A DNA stretch of 32,000 nucleotides from positions 1,380,001 through 1,412,000 of the forward strand of contig NC_004459.3 in NCBI RefSeq assembly GCF_000039765.1. Direction: 5' to 3'. How positions within the stretch are numbered: the stretch's first letter is position 1; each line of letters begins with the position of its first letter. The position numbers were made by a program, and so were the translations under genes. This DNA is from Vibrio vulnificus CMCP6 (GTDB lineage: Bacteria; Pseudomonadota; Gammaproteobacteria; Enterobacterales; Vibrionaceae). Under the pieces are notes generated by a model. The model made no database searches, was not told the DNA's origin, and was given only the letters and a program-made list of their open reading frames with translations. Below, piece by piece: positions 15,070 to 26,229 of the stretch.

Positions 15070-15101
15070 AAGGCTCTGAACGAAAGTTCAGAGCCTTTTT
15101 C
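15070..15101 (+). terminator. Rho-independent terminator of the rrn operon
   Basis: 12-bp stem aaggctctgaac-gaaa-gttcagagcctt followed by TTTTT. Confidence 0.9.
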
Positions 15102-15288
15102 ATATTCCATTTTAGAGTATGTAAACTTCTGTTGTTGGTGACTATATCATCGATCCCATATTCCCTTTCGCATCTTCTTTGTTTCTGAAAGCGCCCCTCT
15201 GTCTGCTTATTTTATTTCACCTTCAGTATTTGCTCTTGAATGATAGGCAAAAGCAACTAACTTTAATTTAAAGGGATGGGAGCGCATC

Positions 15289-16419
15289 ATGAAGATTGAG
15301 CAAATTGTATGGCAAGAAGGTCATTGGCAAGGTTTATCTTCCTCCAGGCAGTTAGATAGCATAAATACATTAATCATCGTGTTTGGACGAGCGAGTGATA
15401 CATCGCTCGAGCAGTTAAGCGCTCAGATGCCCTACTCCCAAGTCATAGGTTGTAGCACAGCAGGAGAAATTATTGACAATACGATTCTTGAAGATGCTGT
15501 AGTTGCAACCATCATACTATTTGAAAAGTCGACAATTCATCTAGCGAGTGCACACATCGAAGACGGAATGAGAGCAAGTTTCAACATCGGAGTTCAGTTA
15601 GGTCAGGAGTTATCTTCTCACAAGGATAATTTAAAACACGTCTTTGTTCTGAGTGATGGTTTGCTCATTAATGGGGGGCATCTTGTTGAAGGCTTTCATT
15701 CTGTCTTGCCGAAAAACATTAAAGTGACTGGCGGGTTAGCGGGTGATGGTGAGCGGTTTGAGCAAACAACCGTGATTTCAGGAAACCGATCTAGCTCCGG
15801 GCTTGTGGTTGCGTTAGGGTTGTATGGTGAGCATTTGTCGGTAGGGTATGGTTCACGTGGCGGTTGGTGTCCTTTTGGCATGGAAAGAAAGGTAACACGT
15901 TCAACCGATAATGTTCTTTATGAGCTTGACGATCAGGATGCTTTGTCTATATACAAAACGTATTTAGGAGACTTAGCACAAGAACTGCCCGCTAGTGGTT
16001 TGCGATTTCCCCTAGAGATTAGTGTACCTGGTCAAGAGCTAAAGCTTGTGCGCACGTTACTCGCGATTGATGAGGCGCAAGGATCGATAACGTTTGCAGG
16101 CAACGTACCCAAAGGCGTCACTGCTAAATTGATGAGAGCCAGTTCAGAATCGCTTATTGAGGGGGCGCGTAATGCCGCGAGTTTGTGCCATCACGATAGT
16201 TCATCTCCTGCGTTGGCTATCTTAATCAGTTGTGTAGGAAGGCGCTTACTGTTGAGGCAGTTGGCTGAAGACGAGGTTGAGGCGGTGAGCGAAGAGTTAG
16301 GCGAAAATACTCGGGTATGCGGTTTTTACTCGTATGGTGAGATTGCCCCTAGTTCGGAGGAAGGAAGCGCAGATCTGCATAATCAAACCATGACCATTAC
16401 TGTTCTGTCGGAAATATAG
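15289..16419 (+). CDS. Stand-alone FIST_N/FIST_C domain sensor protein (NosP-like), 376 aa
   Basis: Translation shows FIST hallmarks: N-terminal ..VIGCSTAGEI.. and ..VLSDGLLINGG..TGGLAGDG.., C-terminal ..ILISCVGRR..L....E.....L......GFYSYGEIAP. There is no output domain and no transmembrane segment. Confidence 0.75.
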   Translation: MKIEQIVWQEGHWQGLSSSRQLDSINTLIIVFGRASDTSLEQLSAQMPYSQVIGCSTAGEIIDNTILEDAVVATIILFEKSTIHLASAHIEDGMRASFNIGVQLGQELSSHKDNLKHVFVLSDGLLINGGHLVEGFHSVLPKNIKVTGGLAGDGERFEQTTVISGNRSSSGLVVALGLYGEHLSVGYGSRGGWCPFGMERKVTRSTDNVLYELDDQDALSIYKTYLGDLAQELPASGLRFPLEISVPGQELKLVRTLLAIDEAQGSITFAGNVPKGVTAKLMRASSESLIEGARNAASLCHHDSSSPALAILISCVGRRLLLRQLAEDEVEAVSEELGENTRVCGFYSYGEIAPSSEEGSADLHNQTMTITVLSEI

Positions 16420-16420
16420 T

Positions 16421-17860
16421 ATGCATCGCTTACTGCAGCGACAGCTCAGAAAAGTATTTCCGCAAGGTCTCCCCGATGACCCTAAAATTCAATTGTTGGT
16501 TGAGTTGGTGGAGTCTGGCTATCAGTCCTTCTCAGAGCAACTCACGATATTAGAGCGTTCACTAGACATTAGCAGTGATGAGCTCAATCAACGCAACCAA
16601 ACCTTAAATTCGATTTTGGACTCATTGCCTGACATGAGTTTATGGATGGATAAAGATGGCATTATTCGAGATGTCAGAATTGGTCATTTTGACCCTCCAC
16701 TACTTAGCCATGATACTGATACGGATTGCATTTTTGAGCTCCCTTTCATCAAAGCATCTAGCGAGTTTCAAGCTTTTCTTGAGAACTATCAGTCACGTGG
16801 TGGAAGAAGCGAAGACATCGCATTTCAGTTGGATGACCACGAATATAGAGTGAGGGCGAACATTACTGCTGTCGGGAATCATCGTTGGCTGCTTGTGTTA
16901 CAAGACATCTACCTGCGTAAAAAGCTCGAAGAGATGCAATATCAGCGTTTACAACAATCGAAACGTGCTGAAAAACAACTACAGCAGCTCGTAAACTCTG
17001 CTCCTATTGGTATTTTGATTTGCGATCCTCGATTGAATATTTTGATGACGAATGATTTTATTTGTCAGCTATTTGGTATGTCTGAACAAGATGTGTTGTC
17101 CCACCATCCTATGGATTTTATCTCTTTGCGCAGCCGGGATTTATTCCAGCGTTATATTCAAAAAACCATTAACGAACAAGATAGTCAGGAAATTGCTCGT
17201 GCGGATTTGTTACTCATGCTGCCGGAAAAGAAAGATATTCCGATTGAGATGGCCTTCAGCCGCTTAGTTTTTGAAGGCAAACCAATGATCATCATGTCGA
17301 TCACCGATATCAGTGAACGTAAAAAGCTTGAAGCCATGTTGCGTAATCTGGCGGCGACCGATCCGCTTACAGGTGCATTTAATCGCCGTAGTTTTATGGA
17401 GCAAGCCGAAAAATCAATCAGAACGTGTCAACGTTGGAACTGTCCACTGTCAATCATGATCCTAGATATCGATCACTTTAAACAATTCAACGATAGCTAT
17501 GGTCATGCCGCTGGTGACTTGGTCCTTGTTGAACTTGTTAAGATGGCTGATTTATCAACACGAGAAATAGATATTATCGGTCGTCTAGGAGGAGAAGAGT
17601 TCGCCGTTGTGCTACCGGGATTAGGTGAAAAGGAAGCATTTGAAGTGGCGAAGCGATTACGAAGCGTTGTGGAAAACATGCAAGTCAATTATGAACAGCA
17701 ACCGTTACAAATGACTATTAGCATTGGCGTGGCAACATTGCAGCCGTCGGAGCTTAACACACCTCTCGAACAATTGATGAAACAGGCTGATGAAGGCCTC
17801 TATTACGCAAAAGCGCATGGTCGAAACTGTGTTATCTCACCACTGTTAATGAATGGCTGA
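16421..17860 (+). CDS. Diguanylate cyclase with an N-terminal helical region, two PAS-like domains and a GGDEF domain, 479 aa
   Basis: GGEEF active site at 17588-17602 (aa 390-394). An RxxD inhibitory site (R381-E-I-D384) lies exactly 5 residues upstream. PAS-like blocks: LNSILDSLPDMSLWMDKDG.. and LVNSAPIGILICDPRLNILMTND..ITDISERKKLE. The ATG is 1 nt after the FIST stop (TAGTATG). Confidence 0.88.
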   Translation: MHRLLQRQLRKVFPQGLPDDPKIQLLVELVESGYQSFSEQLTILERSLDISSDELNQRNQTLNSILDSLPDMSLWMDKDGIIRDVRIGHFDPPLLSHDTDTDCIFELPFIKASSEFQAFLENYQSRGGRSEDIAFQLDDHEYRVRANITAVGNHRWLLVLQDIYLRKKLEEMQYQRLQQSKRAEKQLQQLVNSAPIGILICDPRLNILMTNDFICQLFGMSEQDVLSHHPMDFISLRSRDLFQRYIQKTINEQDSQEIARADLLLMLPEKKDIPIEMAFSRLVFEGKPMIIMSITDISERKKLEAMLRNLAATDPLTGAFNRRSFMEQAEKSIRTCQRWNCPLSIMILDIDHFKQFNDSYGHAAGDLVLVELVKMADLSTREIDIIGRLGGEEFAVVLPGLGEKEAFEVAKRLRSVVENMQVNYEQQPLQMTISIGVATLQPSELNTPLEQLMKQADEGLYYAKAHGRNCVISPLLMNG

Positions 17861-17861
17861 A

Positions 17862-17884
17862 GTAAAAAGGGCCCTAAGGCCCTT
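17862..17884 (-). terminator. Terminator hairpin between the convergent GGDEF and antiporter genes
   Basis: aagggcc-ctaa-ggccctt. A U-tract is present only on the minus strand (TTTTT), so this is a proper intrinsic terminator for the antiporter gene and only a bare hairpin for the plus-strand operon. Confidence 0.65.
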
Positions 17885-17889
17885 AATCA

Positions 17890-19224
17890 TTATGATGTAA
17901 TGGATTCTGTCTTGCCCTCAGGAACAGTCACCGAACTTTGCTTCGCTTCGAATTCAGCTTCTGATTTTTTGGCTTTCTCGATCATTGGAGTGATGGTTGA
18001 ACCCTGAACCAATATTGAAAAAACCACCACCGCGTAGGTCATCACCAGAATAATCTCTTTCACGTCGATGAGTTTATCTGAAATAACCCAGATACCCGAT
18101 GGAATTGAGAGTGCCATCGCTAAGGCCAAGCCACCGCGCAACCCGCCCCAAGTGAGGATTTTAATTGACCATGGATTGTATTGGCGGAAGCGTTTAAAGC
18201 CGATATAGGACAAAAATACGCTGAGGTAACGAGCGATTAAGACCAGTGGAATAGCGATGGCCATCAAAATCCAGTCCTCTTGATGGAATTTAAACAGCAA
18301 CATCGACATACCAATCAGAAGGAAAAGCACACCGTTAAGAAACTCATCCACCAGTTCCCAGAAATGATCGAGATGATCTTCACTCTCTTTAGAGAAGCCG
18401 ATGAATCGTGTCCAGTTACCAATCATAATGCCAGAGACCACCATTGCTAATGGACCAGAAACATGGAGCACTTCTGCAAAAGCATAACCTGCCGTTGGGA
18501 TGCCAATGGTGAGTAGTAGCTCCATTGAGTGGTCATCAGTGGCACAGATAAGATAATGGAAGAGTAACCCCAATGCGAAACCATACAAAATACCGCCGAT
18601 GGCTTCCTGGATAAACAACATGGTAACGCTACCTACCGTGGGTGTTTCGTGGCCAAATGCGATGGTAAACAAGGTCACAAAAATCACAAGGCCAAAACCA
18701 TCATTGAAGAGTGATTCCCCTTCAATTTGCGTTGAGATTCTACGAGGTGCCTTGAGTTTTTTCACGATAGCCAAAACGGCGATCGGGTCGGTCGGTGAAA
18801 TGAGTGCACCGAAAAGCAGGCAGTAAATCAGATCAAACTGAATACCAATGAGCTGGCAAATGCCATACAGAGCAAAACCAATAAAGAAAGTAGAGAAAAG
18901 TGTCGCACCTAGCGCCAACACGGTAATTTCCCATTTTTGGTCTTTAAGGTTGGGTAGTTTGATACCTAAACCACCGGCAAACAATAAGAAGCCCAAAATA
19001 CCTTTGAGGAGGAAATCTTCAAAGTCGATGCTCGACATGGTTTGTGTGGCGATTTCAGTTAAGTGGAACCAGTTGTTCTGACCAGCAATTAAAATAAGTA
19101 ATGAGAGCACCATTGAACCTGCGGTAATCGCGATGGTAGTCTGCATTTTGCCTATCTTGCTGTTTACAAAAGCAATCAACATTGCTGCAGCGGATAGAAA
19201 GCAGAGAGTATAGTAGACCGACAT
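17890..19224 (-). CDS. nhaP: Na+(K+)/H+ antiporter, CPA1 / NhaP type (444 aa from ATG 19224; the ORF is open to TTG 19245)
   Basis: Polytopic membrane protein with the CPA1 motifs LFGALISPTDPIAV and ESLFNDG and a short cytoplasmic tail. The start choice is uncertain. Confidence 0.8.
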   Translation of the reverse strand: MSVYYTLCFLSAAAMLIAFVNSKIGKMQTTIAITAGSMVLSLLILIAGQNNWFHLTEIATQTMSSIDFEDFLLKGILGFLLFAGGLGIKLPNLKDQKWEITVLALGATLFSTFFIGFALYGICQLIGIQFDLIYCLLFGALISPTDPIAVLAIVKKLKAPRRISTQIEGESLFNDGFGLVIFVTLFTIAFGHETPTVGSVTMLFIQEAIGGILYGFALGLLFHYLICATDDHSMELLLTIGIPTAGYAFAEVLHVSGPLAMVVSGIMIGNWTRFIGFSKESEDHLDHFWELVDEFLNGVLFLLIGMSMLLFKFHQEDWILMAIAIPLVLIARYLSVFLSYIGFKRFRQYNPWSIKILTWGGLRGGLALAMALSIPSGIWVISDKLIDVKEIILVMTYAVVVFSILVQGSTITPMIEKAKKSEAEFEAKQSSVTVPEGKTESITS

Positions 19225-19350
19225 ACAGTTCTCTATTTGTAACAATTTGTGAACGAAATTCTCCTCGTTTGATGAGCAAATAGCAATCTCTTTTTCCTAG
19301 TAAAATAGTCCAAGAGGATTGCAGGCAAAATAGTCAAAATTAGTATTTTT

Positions 19351-19366
19351 AGACGTCTAGACTCCT
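19351..19366 (+). promoter_or_regulatory. Two tandem MetJ boxes upstream of metH
   Basis: AGACGTCT (8/8 to the met-box consensus) is directly followed by AGACTCCT (6/8), 52-67 nt upstream of the metH start. They overlap a plausible -35 (TAGACT, 16-nt spacer, TGaTAGGAT). Confidence 0.6.
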
Positions 19367-19417
19367 GAAAATTGTGTGATAGGATGTCAACATTAGAAAA
19401 AGGAATGAGGCGGTACT

Positions 19418-23098
<3,681 letters not shown>

Positions 23099-23121
23099 TA
23101 CTGGCCAGCGTTGAGCAAACG

Positions 23122-23150
23122 AAAAGGTCACAGCGATGTGACCTTTTCTC
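23122..23150. terminator. Bidirectional terminator between convergent metH and lysC
   Basis: aaaaggtcaca-gcga-tgtgacctttt, with the stem flanked by A-run and T-run. Confidence 0.85.
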
Positions 23151-23179
23151 TTTGGATCAATGTGATCTTGAAACGATGT

Positions 23180-24529
23180 TTAGCGTTCAAAAAGATCTTG
23201 ATGCAGTTTTTGGATCACGCTCTTAGAGTCGTGTGCATCGACTAAGAAGCAAAGGTTGTGATCACTTGCCCCGTAACAGATCATACGCAAATTGAAATCC
23301 CCTAAGGTGCTGAAGACTTCTTTAGCGTAACCCTTTGTCTCCATATGATTGCCGATCAAGGCCACCAGACAAAGGTTGTGCTCGACTTCAACAGTGCATA
23401 GCTCTTCAAGCTCCTCTCGCGCGGCCTGTGGCAGTTCAGGTGCACCACCAGAAGTGTCCGTTTTGTCTAGAGTGAGGGAAACGCTGATCTCTGAGGTTGT
23501 GATCAAATCCACGGAGATTTTATGTTTTGCGAGAATTTCAAATACTTTGGCTAAGAAGCCGTACGCATGGAACATTTTCGCACTGCGTAAGGTGACCATA
23601 GTCTGATTGCAACGCAGTGCCAGTGCACGGAAAAGCGGCGAGCTTTGTGCTTCGTGGCGAATCCAAGTACCGCCTTTTTCTGGCTCTTTTGACGATCCGA
23701 CAAAAACTGGAATGTCGTGACGAAGGGCTGGAACGAGCGTTGATGGGTGCAGAATTTTGGCACCAAAGTTAGCCATTTCAGACGCTTCTGCAAAGCTGAT
23801 TTCTGGAATTGGCGCTGCTTTCGCCGCAATGCGAGGATCAGTGGTGTAGATCCCTGGAACATCGGTCCAAATCTCTAGGCCACTTGCTTTAACGCCTTCG
23901 GCAATCAAAGCCGCACTGTAATCACTGCCACCACGGCCTAAGGTGGTGGTATTACCTTCCTCATCCGAGCCGATGAAGCCTTGAGTCACTACCACGTAAT
24001 CGCGGCAAAGTGGTAAAAGCTTCTCTTGCGCCAGCTCTGCAATCTTTGCCACGTCAGGTTCTGCGCGGCCAAAGTTGTCATCTGTGCGTAGGACTTCTCG
24101 AATATCAAATCGCACCGCGTTGACTCCACGCTCACGCATCAACTGGGCCAGAATATGAGTCGACATCAACTCACCACACGCGACCAAGTGGTCGGTGAGT
24201 TTATTGCTGGCTTGAATCGATGCGGCTTCAGCAAGGCTAGTGATGGTATCTAGAATGGCATACACTTCCGCCGCCGCTTCTGTTGCATCTTCCAATTGAT
24301 TGAGAATCGCGTCATGAATTTCAGCCAATTGGGCTAGAAGTTCAGCGCGTCTTTCCTGTGATTGAACACCATTGGCCAACTCTACCAATAGGTTAGTGAC
24401 GCCAGAGCATGCACTGCTTACCACTAAGCGTGTCTCTGGATTGTTTTCAATAATGGCCGAGCAACGACTCATTGCCTCAAAGTTTGCAACACTTGTTCCA
24501 CCAAATTTCGCTACATTCAATGCGCTCAC
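23180..24529 (-). CDS. lysC: Lysine-sensitive aspartokinase (450 aa from GTG 24529)
   Basis: (V)SALNVAKFGGTSVANFEAM.. parallels E. coli LysC MSEIVVSKFGGTSVADFDAM. GGAGA sits 7 nt upstream of GTG 24529. The 41-codon extension in the ORF track (to 24652) runs into the riboswitch leader and is rejected. Confidence 0.9.
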   Translation of the reverse strand: MSALNVAKFGGTSVANFEAMSRCSAIIENNPETRLVVSSACSGVTNLLVELANGVQSQERRAELLAQLAEIHDAILNQLEDATEAAAEVYAILDTITSLAEAASIQASNKLTDHLVACGELMSTHILAQLMRERGVNAVRFDIREVLRTDDNFGRAEPDVAKIAELAQEKLLPLCRDYVVVTQGFIGSDEEGNTTTLGRGGSDYSAALIAEGVKASGLEIWTDVPGIYTTDPRIAAKAAPIPEISFAEASEMANFGAKILHPSTLVPALRHDIPVFVGSSKEPEKGGTWIRHEAQSSPLFRALALRCNQTMVTLRSAKMFHAYGFLAKVFEILAKHKISVDLITTSEISVSLTLDKTDTSGGAPELPQAAREELEELCTVEVEHNLCLVALIGNHMETKGYAKEVFSTLGDFNLRMICYGASDHNLCFLVDAHDSKSVIQKLHQDLFER

Positions 24530-24652
24530 GGCATTTCTCCCACGACTTCCGAAAAATATTAACCGTTGGTAATCCAACATCCGATGTTTGTTTTGGTGAG
24601 GAAAGGGGCAGAGCAGTTTAGAGAGGTCAGTTTGAATAATCAGAAAATCCAT

Positions 24653-24824
24653 CTCAGAAGCTCTTCATCAGGCTGAGCTGATGACAGTTGATGGGACTCA
24701 ACCCAAGTCAACCGACAGATCAAATCCTGCAATTTTGATCTACCTCGGCACTACTCCCCCTGAATGTTCTGTGTTGGAGTTGCGGCTCCACAAAACATCT
24801 GCCTGGGCAGTGCTCCTCTTCTGC
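24653..24824 (-). promoter_or_regulatory. Lysine riboswitch (L-box / LYS element) in the lysC leader
   Basis: The minus strand reads CAGAAGAGGAGC..TGGAGC..CAGGGGGAGTAGTGCCGAGG..CTGTCGG..AACTGTCATCAG..GAAGAGCTTCTG. These are the conserved L-box blocks (AGAGGNGC, GGGGAG..GCCGA(A/G)G, CTGTCA), with P1 closing as CAGAAG/CTTCTG. Confidence 0.85.
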
Positions 24825-24837
24825 AAAAAGCTTAAAC

Positions 24838-24866
24838 ATTGAACGTTTTTCACACTCCAATGTCAA
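24838..24866 (-). promoter_or_regulatory. Probable lysC promoter
   Basis: The minus strand has TTGACA, a 17-nt spacer and TTCAAT, positioned about 10-15 nt upstream of the riboswitch P1 stem. Confidence 0.6.
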
Positions 24867-25043
24867 CGCTTAATTCGATCGTGATTGAAAGTTTTTATTA
24901 ACAAATTTGTGACACTGGTTTGACCTCTAAGACTGTCGGCTAATTGCTGTCGTTGCTCGTTTGCTTTAGTGTGGAGAAACATAATTTGCATTAAAACGAT
25001 TACGCTGTCCGTTAACCTTTTTCACGCTTAGCAAGGAGCCGGT

Positions 25044-26165
25044 ATGTCAATTCAAAGCTTTATTCCACCACGCCGTATTTTAATGGGGCCAGGACCGTCT
25101 GATATTTCCCCGCAAGTATTACAAGCACTTAGCCGCCCAACCGTGGGGCACTTGGACCCGCTGTTTATTCAGATGATGGATGAGCTCAAACAATTGCTTA
25201 AATACGCCTTTCAAACTAAGAATGACTTTACCATTGCGGTCTCTGCGCCAGGCAGTGCGGGAATGGAAGCGTGCTTTGTGAACCTGATTGAACCGGGAGA
25301 TAAAGTCATCGTCTGCCGCAATGGCGTGTTTGGTGAGCGCATGCGTGAAAATGTCATTCGCGCTGGTGGTGAGGCGATATTAGTGGATGATGAGTGGGGA
25401 ACACCAGTCTCGATTGAGAAGGTCGAGCAGGCCTTAACGCAACATCCGGATACCAAAATTCTGGCTTTTGTTCATGCAGAAACATCGACAGGCGCAAGAA
25501 GTGATGCGGAGACACTGGGGAAATTAGCAAAACAATATGGAGTGCTGACGATCGTTGATACGGTCACTTCGCTGGGAGGCATTCCGCTTAAAGTCGATGA
25601 ATGGCAACTTGATGCTGTGTATTCCGGTAGTCAAAAATGTCTCTCTTGTGTCCCGGGTCTTGCTCCTGTGACGTTTTCTTCTGCCGCCATTGAGAAAATT
25701 CAGTCACGTAAAATACCCGTGCAAAGCTGGTTCTTAGACCAAAGCTTAGTGTTAGGGTATTGGAGTGGGGAAGGAAAACGCAGTTATCATCATACCGCAC
25801 CCGTCAACAGTTTGTATTCACTGCACGAAGCGTTGTTGATGCTGAAAAATGAAGGCCTGGAGAACGCTTGGGCGCGGCACGAAAAGATGCACAACAAGCT
25901 GAAAGTGGGTCTCGAAAAATTGGGGTTCCAATTTGTGGTCGATGAAGCGTACCGTTTGCCTCAACTCAACGCGATCTATGTGCCGGAAGGTATCGATGAA
26001 GCGAAAGTGCGTAGCCATTTGCTTGAAACCTATAACTTGGAAATTGGCGCCGGTCTAGGAGCGTTAGCTGGTAAAGCGTGGCGTATAGGCTTGATGGGTT
26101 ACGGTGCGAGAGAGGAAAATGTCGCGTTATGTTTAAGAGCGCTTGAAGAGTCGCTCACTCAATAA
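25044..26165 (+). CDS. Class V pyridoxal-phosphate aminotransferase (alanine-glyoxylate / serine-pyruvate aminotransferase family), 373 aa
   Basis: N-terminal ..ILMGPGPSDISPQVLQAL..P.VGHLDP.F and a PLP-lysine region YSGSQKCL are typical of the AGXT/SPT family. AAGGAG Shine-Dalgarno upstream. Confidence 0.8.
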   Translation: MSIQSFIPPRRILMGPGPSDISPQVLQALSRPTVGHLDPLFIQMMDELKQLLKYAFQTKNDFTIAVSAPGSAGMEACFVNLIEPGDKVIVCRNGVFGERMRENVIRAGGEAILVDDEWGTPVSIEKVEQALTQHPDTKILAFVHAETSTGARSDAETLGKLAKQYGVLTIVDTVTSLGGIPLKVDEWQLDAVYSGSQKCLSCVPGLAPVTFSSAAIEKIQSRKIPVQSWFLDQSLVLGYWSGEGKRSYHHTAPVNSLYSLHEALLMLKNEGLENAWARHEKMHNKLKVGLEKLGFQFVVDEAYRLPQLNAIYVPEGIDEAKVRSHLLETYNLEIGAGLGALAGKAWRIGLMGYGAREENVALCLRALEESLTQ

Positions 26166-26184
26166 TCTTTGGTCAGTTAACAAT

Positions 26185-26216
26185 AAAAAAGCGAAGCTGG
26201 TGAGCTTCGCTTTTGT
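26185..26216. terminator. Bidirectional terminator between the aminotransferase and the PglL-like gene
   Basis: aaaagcgaagct-ggtg-agcttcgctttt, with A/T runs on both sides. Confidence 0.85.
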
Positions 26217-26229
26217 ATTACATGACAAA

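Noticed and set aside
19246-19417. Possible cobalamin riboswitch upstream of metH
   Set aside because: No B12-box (the conserved GCCACTG-containing core) is present and the leader is only about 35-60 nt. B12 riboswitches are expected on metE and btuB, not on metH.
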